DNA of 64,000 nucleotides, taken from positions 66,526,001 through 66,590,000 of the forward strand of contig OX597830.1 of assembly GCA_951406725.2 (NCBI GenBank). The letters run 5' to 3'. The notes under the pieces were generated by a model, which saw nothing but the letters and a program-made list of their open reading frames with translations, did no database searches and was not told where the DNA came from. The stretch is from Octopus vulgaris (lineage: Eukaryota). Positions 50,577 to 64,000 of this stretch are shown in pieces. The number at the start of each line of letters is the position of its first letter. The stretch's first letter is position 1. Made by a program: the position numbers and the translations under genes.

Positions 50577-51297
50577 GGAGCTTCTTTCAGTTTCTATCTA
50601 CCAAATCCACTAACAAGGCTTTGGTCAACTTGAGAGCATAGTAGTAGGCACTTGCCAAAATTCCGACAAAATAGAACTGAACTCAGAACCATGTGCCTGG
50701 GATGCAAATTTCTTAGCAGACTGCCACACCTGTACCTATATTTGTATTGTTCAAGGCTCTCTATTAAAGCGCTTGCCTAATTTATTTAACAGCAAGCCTG
50801 TGCTTTTGACTACAGAAGGAAGTCAAGTACATCGTCTCTGAGGAGTGCTGATCAATCCATGAGACAGTCCATCAGGAGACTGTCTTTTTTTTTTGTTTTT
50901 TTCATCATTCAACAATGACATTGAAAGAATCTGTTTGTCTGCTTGTTTTGTTGGTTCTAGCACAGTGAGACTTTGAAATATTTAAATTTCTTCTAGTTCT
51001 TCCCATTGACACTGTGTCTTGTGTGTGTGTCTGTCTGTGTCTGTGTGTCTATGTATGCATGTATATGTAGTTCCTATTTAGCACTGTCAACCAACTGAAG
51101 TTGGTAAATAATAATGGATAAAATTACTATTTTCTTCTGAAGTTCTGGCATTTCAATGTAATTATGCAATGATCTACATAACAATTACTGCACAACGTAT
51201 AGGGAAATACATGTGTGTGTATATATGTATGTATATGTATCTGTGTGTGTGTGTATGTATATGTTTATATATATATGTATATATACATATATATATA

Positions 51298-51366
<69 letters not shown>

Positions 51367-51412
51367 TATAAATACATGTATTTATATAAATATAAATGTG
51401 TGTGTGTGTGTG

Positions 51413-51455
<43 letters not shown>

Positions 51456-52719
51456 GTATGTATGTATATGTGTCTGTGTGCATATATAGTTTATATGTAT
51501 GCATGTATATATATATACAATATATATGTATATACATGTATACACACACACATACACATACATACACATTTTATCCTAATCTCCAAAACATCAGAACTGT
51601 TAATGGTTCAGCATAAGGATTTTATTTTTTTTATTTTTAATATATTTAATCTTAAATCTATCATACTAAGCTGGATTATGTCTTCAATGTTATTTCTTCT
51701 CCCCAGTTGTACTGTATTTAAGAAAGAGGCTTGATGTGTTAAAGTCACGTGTCTACTTTCTAACGTCTGTCAACTTTAAAGTTGTACAAGTGTGTGTATA
51801 TAGATGAGAAAAGTAGAAAGGCATTTGAAATTAATCACATATATAGTTGGAGGTGTAGTGATGCGATTAAGAAGTTCACTTTCTAACCGTGTGGTTTGGT
51901 GTTCAATCCATTCTGTAGCATAGCATCTTGGGTTAATTTTTTGGGTTCATTACTAGTAACTTATAAGTGGGAAAGCTGACAGAATCATTAGCACACCAAG
52001 AATAATGCTGAGCAGCATTTTGTCCATCTTTACATTCTGAAGTTCAAATTCAACTGGGGCCAACTTTAACTTTCATCCTTTTGAGGTTGATAAAATAAGT
52101 TGCTAGTTAATGGGATTGATGTAATTGTCTTACCCCTCCCCCAAAATTGCTGGCCTTGTGCCAAAATTCGAAGCCATTATTAGTATTAACTTAATATCAT
52201 CATTTTGGCTGTGGTTTGGTTTCAATGTTTTTGCACCAGATACCTCCATGCAAACCTGAATTTAGTGATTTTTGTAGATTTATGTTTTATAGCTAGAGGC
52301 CTGTTTTCACTACTAATGTAAACTCGCCAAGGAAATGATAGTAATTTTGCAGTTAGTTTGCCTAAAGCAATGTAGATTAACACACTATGTTTAGAACAAT
52401 TATATGTCTAAGAGAATTCAGTGAATAGTTCAACATATTCTATCTCTTCTCATTCTGTCTCCACTTCATAAAGAATATATATCCCATATCACTATCATTT
52501 CTTCGGTACAACAATAATTGCTTATACATCAAAAGGAAGAATTTGGTTAAGTCAGTTCGTTTTGTATCAGTCAATTGCAAAGTCTGTCTCCGATTCCAGT
52601 AAATAATAGCCTGTTTTTATTCTATCAATTTAACCATGACCTAACTGATGACTATACCTGCCAAGAAAAGTAGTTGAACAAAAATTACTCTTTCTTTATG
52701 TATATATCTATCTATATCG

Positions 52720-53330
52720 TAGGTGGTGGCATCTCAGTGGGTGCAGCTTCACCAGGCAGGGAAGCTTGTGTGCTTGTGTTTCCCAGGTGTCGGGTTGATC
52801 TCAAAGCTCTTCAGTAAGGCTTTGAATGTATCCATAAAGCACTTTTTCTGTCTACCCTGCGTGCACTTTGCCTGCACCTATTCATTGTAAAATCATCATC
52901 ATCATTGTTCGACCGTGGTCGAGACAATGGAATTTACTATGTTACACCAGACTTCACGGTCCATCATAGCATTACGGAGGTCCTGTTGCTGGATGCCTGT
53001 ATCCCTGGAGATTACATCAGCGTATGAGAGTGTGTGCCATCTGGTGTCGCGAGTAGATGGTTTCCAGAGGAGAAGAGCAGAAATTACCTCGTTTTCAGCT
53101 CTACAACAATGTCCAGCAAACTGGACTCTTCTGGACTCTTGGGAAATCCTGTATCAGGTAACTGAAACAAGGTAGCCTGCTCACCGGACTTGCACTCTCC
53201 TCAGCGGTGTATAAATGCTTGACAGGTCAGCTCAAGAGAGGACCTCTGTGTCTGAGATCTTGTCTTGCCGGGTGATTTCCAATTATGCAAGTCCAGAGCC
53301 AACTCCTTGTATTCAGTTCTAGCAGATCAC
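52720..53330 (-). pseudogene. old RTE fragment interrupted by a younger RTE 3' end (52893-~53135)
   Basis: Outer: ITRQDKISDTEVLS*ADLSSIYTPLRRVQVR*AG and QGRQKKCFMDTFKALLKSFEI; inner: RRVQFAGHCCRAENEVISALLLWKP..DLRNAMMDREVW with (TGA)n tail. Confidence 0.75.
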
Positions 53331-53444
53331 TGGTGCCTGGTCTGCAGCCGAGCGGTCTGAGCACACAGATTTGCCACAGCCAGATACACTGTACTCCATC
53401 TTCTCTCATATGATGTCCTTAATCATCAACAATGCCAGACAAAC

Positions 53445-53482
53445 TACTACTACTGTTACCACTACTACTACTGTTGCTGTTG

Positions 53483-53540
<58 letters not shown>

Positions 53541-53595
53541 CACCACCACCACCACCACCACCACCACCACCACCACCACCACCACCACCACCACC

Positions 53596-53638
<43 letters not shown>

Positions 53639-53650
53639 ATAATAATAATG
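53445..53650. repeat. (CTA)n/(CCA)n compound trinucleotide repeat (oppositely oriented array at 54277-54430)
   Basis: Directly visible. Confidence 0.95.
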
Positions 53651-53894
53651 TCTGTATGTGTATGAGTGTCTATACATATATACATATAACAGGCTTCTTT
53701 CAGTTTCCACCTACCAAATCCATTTATAAGGTTTTGTTCTGCCAGGGACTATAGCAGAAGATACTTGTACAAGGGGCCATATTGTTGGACTGAACCCAGA
53801 ATTGTCTGGTTAAGAAGGAAATGTCTTAATACCATAGCCACATCTGTGCCTATACACACACACACAAACATACACTCACACTTACATGCACGCA

Positions 53895-53929
<35 letters not shown>

Positions 53930-54278
53930 AAAGCCATTTAGATCAGGTCTCTAATGTGTGCAGCACTCCACTGACTCATAAACACAACTCCGCATTAGAC
54001 TCAAGGGATTCGTTAGTGCTCGTTATCACCTATTCTTCAGCCTTCTATTATAATCACTTTTGTTTGGCACCTTTGCATCTTTGAGAACAATTTCTGTTCG
54101 ACATTCATGAAAGGCCAATTTCATGTAAGACATTTTAATATAAGTCACTTTCGCTCATTCTCTGTTTCTATCTTCTAAGAAACAGCATCCCGCTTTCAAC
54201 GGCATGTCATTGTTTCAAACCTCTATTGATCATTTCCAACATTTCTCTAATCATCCGAGCAACAGCATCATTACTGCA

Positions 54279-54366
<88 letters not shown>

Positions 54367-54728
54367 GTGGTGGCACAGGTGGTGGTAGGGTTAGGGTGGT
54401 GGTGGTGGTGGTGGTGGTGGTGGTGGTGGTTGGGGGTTGCAATGTTGCTGTTCTCCACCAAGTCCTTTGTGCCCATAGATGTCATTGATTCAATGCATTT
54501 ATTCATCTGATATCTAATACAAAATAAGGCATGAACATTGGCACAGGTGTGGCTGTGTGGTAAGATGTTTTGCTTCCCAACTGTATGTTTCTTGGTTCAG
54601 TCCCACTGCATGGCACCTTGGGCAAGTGTCTTCTATATAAAACCCAGTGCTTTGCATTTGGATTCGGTAGATGGAAACTGAAAGAAGCTCAAAGTTGTAT
54701 GTGTGTGTATCTAAATCTATGTATAGTC

Positions 54729-54932
54729 TTTACTCTTTTACTTGTTTCAGTCATTTGACTGTGGCTATGCTGGAGCACTGCCTTTAGTCGAGCAAATCGT
54801 CCCCAGGACTTATTGTTTGTAAGCCTAGTACTTATTCTATCGGTCTCATTGCTGAACCGCTAAGTTACGGGGATGTAAACACACCAGCATTGGTTGTCAA
54901 TCGATGTTGGGGGACAAACACAGACATACAAG

Positions 54933-54984
<52 letters not shown>

Positions 54985-55153
54985 TATATACGATGGGCTT
55001 CTTTCAGTTTCCGTCTACCAAATTCACTCACAAGGCTTTGGTCAGCCTGAGGCTATAGTAGAAGGTACTTGCCCAAGGATCCACGCAGTAGGTCTGAACC
55101 CGGAACCATGTGGTTGGTAAACAAGCTACTTACTACACAGACACTCCTGCGCC
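54729..55153 (-). mobile_element. CORE-type SINE family B, full length
   Basis: Reverse complement of 8019-8422. Confidence 0.9.
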
Positions 55154-55568
55154 TATGTATGCCTTTGTGCTTCACAACTGTAACTTAGTGGTTCAGCAAA
55201 AAGAGCCTGATAAAATAAATACCAGACCTAGAAAAAAAAAACCTATGTACTGGTGTTCATATGCTTGACTAAACCCTTCAAGGTGGTGCTGAAATCTATC
55301 AAAGTATATGTCAATGTCATCGTCGTCGCCTTTACCGTCAGCACTGTATTCATCATTTTATGTCCACTTTTCCATGCTTGCATGGACTAGATGAAATTTG
55401 TTGAGGTAGATTTTCTATGGCTGGATGCCATTCCTGTGCTAACTGTCACCTGTTTCAAGGAAGGTAATTTTAGCTTGTGACTGAAAAGTTTCGATGGGAG
55501 CTTGCAAAAAAACACTGCTTTTATGAATGTGATACTCATTTACAGCAATCAAAGCAAAGAGACATTAA

Positions 55569-55635
<67 letters not shown>

Positions 55636-55639
55636 TTTC

Positions 55640-56047
55640 TCTTTCTCTCTTTATACTTGTTTCAGTCATTTTGATTGCGGCCATGCTTGCGCACCGCCTT
55701 TAATCAAGCAACTCGACCCCGAGACTTATTCTTTGTAAGCCCAGTACTTATTCTATTGGTCCCTTTTGCCGAACCGCTAAGTGACAGGGACATAAACATA
55801 CCACCATCGGTTGTCAAGCAATGCTAGGGCGACAAACACACACACACAAGCATACATGCACTTACATATATATATACATATATACAGCGGGCTTCTTTCA
55901 GTTTCCGTCTACCAAATCCACTCACAAGGATTTGGTCGGCCCGAGGCTATAGTAGAAGACATTTGCCCAAGGTGCCATGCAGTGGGACTGAACCCGGAAC
56001 CACATGGTTGGTAAACAAGCTACTTACCACACAGCCACTCCTGCGCC
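55640..56047 (-). mobile_element. CORE-type SINE family B, full length
   Basis: Reverse complement of 8019-8422. Confidence 0.9.
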
Positions 56048-56048
56048 T

Positions 56049-56079
<31 letters not shown>

Positions 56080-56830
56080 GATGTTTCTGGTTGACCTGAC
56101 GCTATAGTTGAAAACACTTGCCCATGGTGTCACACAGTGTGACTGAACTTGCGATCCGGAACCATGTGGTTGAGAAGCAAACTTCTTGCCACATAGCCAT
56201 GCTGCATTTGAAAAGACAAAAAAAAAAAAAAAAATGGAAAAGAAAATTATTAAGGTTAAAATGTTTAACCCTGGGTTATATTGAAACTCAGCCATTCAAT
56301 ATATTTCATCAGTATCTTACATCAATCTCAAAAATTCTGAAACAAAAAAGCCTCACAATTAAAAAATCATAAAATTATTTTCTTCACTCTTTAATATCTA
56401 AAATTCAGTGATGATAATTTTTTTTTGGTGGGGGTCTGTTAACCTAATTTTTACAATATTTATCCTGTGTTTCATTTGTCATCAAGTGTCTTATTCCTGA
56501 GTATGTTCATTGTCCGATTCAAACAAAAGATAATAGCTTTTGTTATCTCGTAAACCACTAAGCCATGTATTAATACAATTATTTATTCTAACTCAATTAT
56601 TTAAATTTAATTTTTCAACTAATGGCAGCCATGTTGAGCCGATGTCTGTGTTGAACTTCACTGTTTTGGGTTATCAGCAACTAACTACTATATGAGCTGC
56701 TTCTTTGAGTTGTTGTTTATATTACTTATATATACTAGTAGTCTCACACACACACACACACGACTATTCACACACACACACACACATATATTTATAAATA
56801 CATACATATATATTTAGATAAACATGTATA

Positions 56831-56875
<45 letters not shown>

Positions 56876-57050
56876 GAACATACACATGTATGTATATTTA
56901 TACACATGAATATATATATATATATACACATACACACACACACATATATATATACATATATGCACACATATATACACATATATTTGTATATATGTGTGTG
57001 CATGTGTGTGTATGTATATATATATATATATGAATCTATATATGTGTGTG

Positions 57051-57156
<106 letters not shown>

Positions 57157-58069
57157 TGAATTTATATGTGTATGTGTGTGTGTATATATATAGCACAACA
57201 CACACACTCTCTCTCTCACACACACAGACACACACACATTATGTTTTGAAGATGAAGCTAATAGCCTGAAAAAATATTATCCTTCACCCTTGTCTGACAT
57301 CTGCAGTTCTGTACCAGATCTTTATCTATTAAAGTTAGTGATAAATCATTCAATAGAATCAGTAGTGTTTGAGGAAATCTGGTGATGGTCTGCTTTGACT
57401 GGAATCAATATAGTCAAAGAGAAACAAAAAAGCAATGGGGTATGTTCGGGTACCAGGGGTGGGAGGAGGAGAGAGGTATCCAAAAGATGCAAGCAGGTCC
57501 TTTGTCTGAGAATGGAAGATATAGATCATACCATTCATTAAAGGATGTCCCAAAACATAATCAGTTACTCACTTTATAGTGGGTCAGCGATCAGGCTTCA
57601 CTTATTTATAGATCTTGTGACCAGAGCATAATCTATGGTTTGAATTGGTAAAGGCAATAGTGAGCTGGACTGGACTAAAGTATTTAGTTCCAAAGATTTT
57701 GGGTACCTCGCTGGTTTGATTTCTAATCAAATATAGGGAGGTTCATGTCTTTGCTTGGCATTTTTCTTGATCAGTTCAGTGAATAGCAGGAATACAGTAT
57801 GTCATCATACGAGAGGAAGCGAGCTGGCAGAGTTATTAGCATGCTGAGTGAAATGCTTAGCAGCCTTTCATCTGTCTTTACATCCTGAGTTCAAATTCCG
57901 GCAGGGTCAACTTTACTTTTCATCTTTTCAGGGTCCATAAAATAATTAAAAGTCGAGCACTGGGATTGATATAATCAATTTACTTCCTGCCCCCAAATTG
58001 CTGGCATTGTGCCAAAATTTGAAAGCAATATTTCATCATACTAAGGTGGTGATCTAGCAGAATCATTAG

Positions 58070-58299
58070 GCGGCGAGCTGGCAGAATCGTTAGCACACCG
58101 GGCGAAATGCGTAGCCGTATTTCGTCTGCCGCTATGTTCTGAGTTCAAATTTCGCCGAGGTCGACTTTGCCTTTCATCCTTTCGGGGTCGATAAATTAAG
58201 TACCAGTTACGCACTGGGGTCGATGTATTCGACTTAATCCCTTTGTCTGTCCTTGTTTGTCCCTTCTGTGTTTAGCCCCTTGTGGGCAATAAAGAAACA
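58070..58299 (+). mobile_element. young SINE family A inserted into the head of an older family A copy
   Basis: TSD AGAATCATTAG at 58059-58069 and 58300-58310. Confidence 0.9.
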
Positions 58300-59161
58300 A
58301 GAATCATTAGCACACAGGCAAAATGCTTAGCTGCATTTAGTCGGCCTTAAGAGTCAGAGGTGCCAATAGTACAGGAGTCAGAGTTGGAGTCGAAGTTTTT
58401 CATTTCAACTCCACAGCCCTGGTTTTATAGCTGTTATTATTTCTACTCTAACAAGACATGGTTGGAATGACTTTTGTAAACTTTTATTCCCCAAGACTAA
58501 GGTGCCCACTGCCACTATTTTTTAAAACTTGTTTAAATGTCCACTTTTCCATACTTACACCAGCCACAGGAAGTTTACTGAAGCAAATTTTCTACTGCTG
58601 GGTGTCCTTCCTGCTGCCAAGTTGCCAATCCTTACCTGTTTCCAGGCAAGGTAATATTTCCCCATGGCTAGACATGTTTTTGACAAATATTGGAACTGAA
58701 TGACACTGCTTGTATGACAGTGACACTCATTTACGACTATTATGTAACATCAAATATCAAGACAAGGTGATGCAGACATTCACATAGTCACCACTACTCA
58801 AACACAACCCCCCACACACACACATAAAAAGTGACATGTTGTCGTCACATAAAAAACACTCATGCCAGTGCCATGTAGGAAGGTACCCATGTCAGTGCCA
58901 TGTAAAGAACACCTGTGCTGGTGCCACATAAAAAGCACCTGGTACATTCTCTAAAGTGGTTGGTGTTAGGAAAAGCATCCAGCCATAAAAACCATGCTCA
59001 AAACTGATAAGTTGAACCCTCTAATTTGCCAGCTCCTGTCAAACTGTCCAACCCATGCCAGCATGGAAAATGGACATTAGGTGGTGGTGGTGGTGGCGGT
59101 GGTGATGGTGGTGGCAGTGGCGGTGATGATGATGATGATAGAGGAAGGGTGTTTTTTTAGT

Positions 59162-59398
59162 TTCTTATTTCTTTATTGCCCACAAGGGGCTAAACATAGA
59201 GGGGACAAAAAAGGACAGACAAAGAGTTTAAGTCGATTACATTGACCCCAGTGGGTAACTGGTACTTAATTTATTGACCCTGAAAGGACGAAAGGCAAAG
59301 TCGACCTCGGCGGAATTTGAACTCAGAATGTAAAGACAAACGAAATACCGCTAAACATTTCGCCCGGTGCACTAACGTTTCTGCCAACTCACTGCCTT
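59162..59398 (-). mobile_element. SINE family A
   Basis: Reverse complement of 58070-58299; flanked by TTTTTTTAGTTTCT duplication. Confidence 0.88.
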
Positions 59399-59472
59399 CT
59401 TTTCTTTTAGTTTTTTTTAGTTTCTGTCTATCAAATCCATTCACAAGGCTTTTGTTAGTGCATGTTTACAGT

Positions 59473-60078
59473 GGAGTCAGAGGTGCCAATAATACAGGAG
59501 TCAGAGGTGCCAATAATACAGGAGTCAGAGGTGGCAATAGTACAGGAGTCAGAGGTGGCAATAGTACAGGAGTCAGAGGTGGCAATAGTACAGGAGTCAG
59601 AGGTGCCAATAATACAGGAGTCAGAGGTGCCAATAGTACAGGAGTCAGAGGTGTCAATAATACAGGAGTCAGAGGTGGCAATAGTACAGGAGTCAGAGGT
59701 GCCAATAGTACAGGAGTTAGAGGTTCCAATAGTACAGGAGTTAGAGGTGCCAATAGTACAGGAGTCAGAGGTGGCAATAGTACAGGAGTCAGAGGTGCCA
59801 ATAGTACAGGAGTCAGAGGTGCCAATAATACAGGAGTCAGAGGTGCCAATAGTACAGGAGTTAGAGGTTCCAATAGTACAGGAGTTAGAGGTGCCAATAG
59901 TACAGGAGTCAGAGGTGGCAATAGTACAGGAGTCAGAGGTGCCAATAGTACAGGAGTCAGAGGTGCCAATAATACAGGAGTCAGAGGTGGCAATAGTACA
60001 GGAGTCAGAGGTGCCAATAGTACAGGAGTTAGAGGTTCCAATAATACAGGAGTCAGAGGTGCCAATAGTACAGGAGTC
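59473..60078. repeat. minisatellite, 25 copies of a 24-bp unit
   Basis: Unit GGAGTCAGAGGTGCCAATAGTACA with variants; a single seed-like copy at 58351-58383. Confidence 0.95.
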
Positions 60079-61224
60079 CTTGTCTGTCCCCTCTATGTTT
60101 AGCCCCTTGTGGACAATAAAGACATAAGAAACTAAAAACTTGCCCTAAGTTTCACATAATGGGACTGAACCCAAAACCATGTGGTTGGGAAGCAGTTATC
60201 TTAACCACACTGCCATGTCTGCACCTAAGTATATATATATTTTTTCTTTTTATTATTGAGAGAGAGAGAAAGAGAGACACACACACACAGAAGCTATATC
60301 CAGCAAATCAAATGATTACATAGAGATTCCACTGACTCAGTTCCTATTTGGTAGGTAAATAATGTCTGATGCACGGAAGTCTTCTATGACAAAGAAAGGG
60401 AAAAAAAACAAAACAAAACAAAAAAAAACAACAAAAACACAAAAAAAAACACTGACATTACCATTTTTAGATATGTTTACAGTACCATCATTGTCTCCAC
60501 CTTTTGTCATCATCATCTTCCATCAGATGAAGTCGTACAAGACAAATACCAGATTGAAGATGATGATGTTTTGTTTATTTTATTTACTCTTGTTTTATTT
60601 TGCTATTTATCTTGTGTCTTCTTCCTCTTTGTCTCAGTTCTTTTATTTGTTTTTATATATATTTATATATTTACATGAATATCATTAAACAAGAATAGCG
60701 AAGGCTATTTTAATCTCATCATAAATTATAGATGCTCTGTTAAACAATTAGAGCTGGTGTGATTCTTATTAGTAACCAAACTGAAATTGTTTAGTTACTA
60801 TTGAGGAAAACGGCTCTTCAGTTTATAATGCACTGCATGGGAAGAGCTGCTTCCATAATGGCCATTAGACCTGAACTATGGAGATGGTATTTTAGTTGCA
60901 TGATTTCCACCTTAAACAGCTGCTTGTGGGGAAATACACATACATAAACATACACACACACTCATACACACACACACACACAGACATGTTCACATTTAAT
61001 ACATACACACATACGAAAATCTACATTCATATAAATGCGCATATATGCATTTACACTCATACAAGTGGTTGCATACATATATATGTATGTATGTGTGTAT
61101 ATATATTATATATATATGCATATTTGTATATATGTACACACATACACACACACACTCACACAAACACACATACACATACATATATGTGTGTTTATATATA
61201 TGTGTGTGTGTGTATATATGTATG

Positions 61225-61299
<75 letters not shown>

Positions 61300-61316
61300 A
61301 TATATATATGTATGTA

Positions 61317-61347
<31 letters not shown>

Positions 61348-61727
61348 GTAGATGATTATGTATACGTGTGTATATGTATGTGTGTGTGTCTGAGTAAATA
61401 CTCACACACACATATAGAGATATTGCTAGACTGCATCTATTATTCTGAGGCTACTCACATACACACACACATACACGCACATACACACATACATATAGGT
61501 AGATGAATCTTTAGATATGTGTGAGCATACTTATATGTGTGTGTGTGTCTGGGTACATACACGCATGCACACATACATATAGTGACATTGCTAGACTGCA
61601 TCTACTGGTCAGAGGCTATGCAGACACACTCACATGCACACGCACGTACACAGATGGTTAGGCTGCGTTTCAATATCTAAGGCTATGTAAACTAAAATAT
61701 TTATCTGTATTTATATATGTGTGTATG

Positions 61728-61760
<33 letters not shown>

Positions 61761-61764
61761 ATAT

Positions 61765-62066
61765 CTTCGCTTCAGGACCAGTTACTGCAAAAGCTTGGGT
61801 TTCAAGGGCCCACAGCTTTTTAATATTCTCCCAAAGAGTCTGAGGAGCTTGCACAAAGTAGATGTAGGGGTTTTTAAATCAAAGCTGGACCTCTTCTTGT
61901 CGAGAGTCCCAGATAAACCTACCTCACGGCAGGAGGTGCAAATGAGGGTTGCTATATCAAACTCTATTCTTCACCAAGTGCCACATATTAGAGGAGGCTC
62001 CTAATAATAACAGTGTAGCACAAAATGGCGGTGCACCAGCATGGCCGCAGCTCTGAGCTGAAACTA
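61765..62066 (+). mobile_element. CR1-clade LINE 3' end
   Basis: SLGFKGPQLFNILPKSLRSLHKVDVGVFKSKLDLFLSRVPDKP..SNSILHQ matches the CR1 C-terminal pattern (N.LP..FK.KLD); 3' UTR GGCGGTGCACCAGCATGGCCGCAGCTCTGAGCTGAAAC. Confidence 0.85.
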
Positions 62067-62104
62067 GAGAGAAACAAAAAATATCTATCTATCTATCTAT
62101 CTAT

Positions 62105-62156
<52 letters not shown>

Positions 62157-62636
62157 ATGTATATATAACCATAAGCGTGTATGTATTCATCTATGTACAT
62201 ATGTATGTGTGTGCACATATATGTGTGCATCCATATTTGTGTGCATGTACGTGTGTCTATGTATGTGAACTCTCACACACAGGTATTGTTGAAGTTATAT
62301 TTGTAAGTGTATATGTCTATGGTTTCATATATATATATATGGAGGGATATCTTCTGGATCAGTATGGTTGTACATAGTTTAATTGTATGAAACTATATTT
62401 GTTGACACACATACATACACATGTTTTCTTTATACTTCCCACCTCTGAAGTATATATATATATATATACAAAGGAACCACCTTTGTGGTGTGAGGTGGTT
62501 TCTTCTGCAATGTGGGGTGCATATGATTCAATTACATCATTCCCCATCCACTAGAGAGCAGTGTAGAAGTAAACTGAAATGATTGTTGTTTTAAATAAAG
62601 CTTCCAGTACATTCTGTCTTCTGTATTAATCATTTA

Positions 62637-62710
<74 letters not shown>

Positions 62711-62714
<4 letters not shown>

Positions 62715-62933
62715 CTTTATTGCCCACAGGGGGCTAAACATAGAGGGTACAAACAAGGACAGACAAAGGGATTAAGTTGATTGCATCGACCCCACTGCGT
62801 AACTGGTACTTATTTAATCGACCCCGAAAGGATGAAAGGCAAAGTTGACCTCGGCAGAACTGAGAACGTAACGGCAGATGAAATACCGCTAAGTATTTCG
62901 CCTAGTGTGCTAATGATTCTGCCAGCTCGCCAC
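62711..62933 (-). mobile_element. SINE family A
   Basis: Reverse complement of the family A consensus, with a small deletion in the B-box region. Confidence 0.85.
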
Positions 62934-63652
62934 CCTTGTATATACACACACACACACAGGAGGGGTGCTGAAAGGTTCCTGGCTTTAAGGGTATTCCGAA
63001 AGGCCTGGTTGGAAACCCAACCTTCGAAGTTCGTTTACAGGGCTTAGAAAAACTGAAGGACCATTGCAAAAGTGTGTGAAACTGAGATGGAAATATGTTG
63101 GACAAAATCATAATTAACTGACTTTCCTGTATTCTGTTTTACCCAAGCCCAGGAACATCACCCCAGCTCATATATATATATATATATAACATTGCAAGTT
63201 ATATAGGTGTTTGTGTGTGTGTACATATTAATCATAGTATACCATATTATAGATGTGCCTTAGCTGATTTTACCAATCAGTTGCACATTGGGCATTAGAT
63301 GACTGGATGTTATATAACAGTGTGACACTTGGTACCATGTGTATATATATATATATATATATACGATAGGCTTCTTTCAGTTTCCATCTACTGAATACAC
63401 TCTTGTGGCTTTGGTCAGCCTATGGCTATAGTAGAATACACTTGCCCAAGTTGCCACACGGTAGGACTGAACTCAAGGCGCCATGGTTGAAAAGCAAGCT
63501 TCTTAACCAGACAGCCACGACTACAACAATGTTTTGTTTTAGTTTTTCTTGAATATGTGATGTGTACCAGGAGTGCTGACATATAGGAAGAACACTCACG
63601 GGGAAGTACAATTGTCAGCAAGTTTTGTATTGTCTAGTCATTGTTTGTATCA

Positions 63653-63666
63653 GTTACCATGGTAAC
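63653..63666. promoter_or_regulatory. perfect palindromic RFX X-box-like site
   Basis: GTTACCATGGTAAC matches the X-box consensus GTNRCC-N(0-3)-RGYAAC, in non-repetitive sequence. Confidence 0.45.
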
Positions 63667-63761
63667 CACATAGCAATACATCAATTATATTTAAAATTCC
63701 CCGAGCCAGGCAGGAGTTCTCATGCTGCGAAACGATATTCTCTCTAATTAAAGAAATTATT

Positions 63762-63803
<42 letters not shown>

Positions 63804-63874
63804 CACATGTATATATATTTATGTATATATGTGTATATATATATATGTATATTATATATATATGTGTGGGAGTG

Positions 63875-63911
<37 letters not shown>

Positions 63912-63916
63912 CCCTC

Positions 63917-63982
<66 letters not shown>

Positions 63983-64000
63983 TATATATATATATGTACA

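Noticed and set aside
50862-50894. Hairpin AGACAGTC/GACTGTCT plus T-run resembling a bacterial intrinsic terminator
   Set aside because: Eukaryotic context with no upstream gene; likely chance
57360-57810. Possible decayed LINE RT fragment on the minus strand
   Set aside because: Only faint motif resemblance with many stops; it cannot be assigned without a profile search
59317-60127. 261-aa, 221-aa and 199-aa repetitive ORFs (TGVRGANS, QESEVPIV)
   Set aside because: They are open only because the 24-bp unit lacks stops in several frames; they start and end in SINE sequence

Overview
AT-rich, microsatellite-dense eukaryotic DNA with no convincing host protein-coding gene; it reads as intron or intergenic sequence. 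The tRNA-derived SINE set resembles the published octopus families, so an octopod cephalopod origin is inferred but not proven. Most of the window is transposon-derived: several tRNA-headed SINE families (one CORE-type), RTE (including BovB-like), CR1 and possible Dong/R4 LINE 3' ends, a decayed Penelope-like element (PLE) coding fragment, hAT, piggyBac, mariner and Merlin-like MITEs, and Helitron/Helentron remnants. Nearly all ORFs in the supplied track are low-complexity artefacts. The most striking signal is a set of minimal type-I hammerhead ribozyme motifs from at least five unrelated sequence families. Most sit in short elements next to (TA)n arrays, several of them fold-back (inverted-repeat) structures, and one has a compensatory U3-A8 core. 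This suggests a diverse, microsatellite-targeting PLE/retrozyme-like system. Also notable: a 25 x 24-bp minisatellite apparently built from locally templated DNA, SINE-LINE tail sharing, modular SINE head/tail swapping, and candidate CTCF and RFX sites. Coordinates were read by eye and diverged-element boundaries are approximate.
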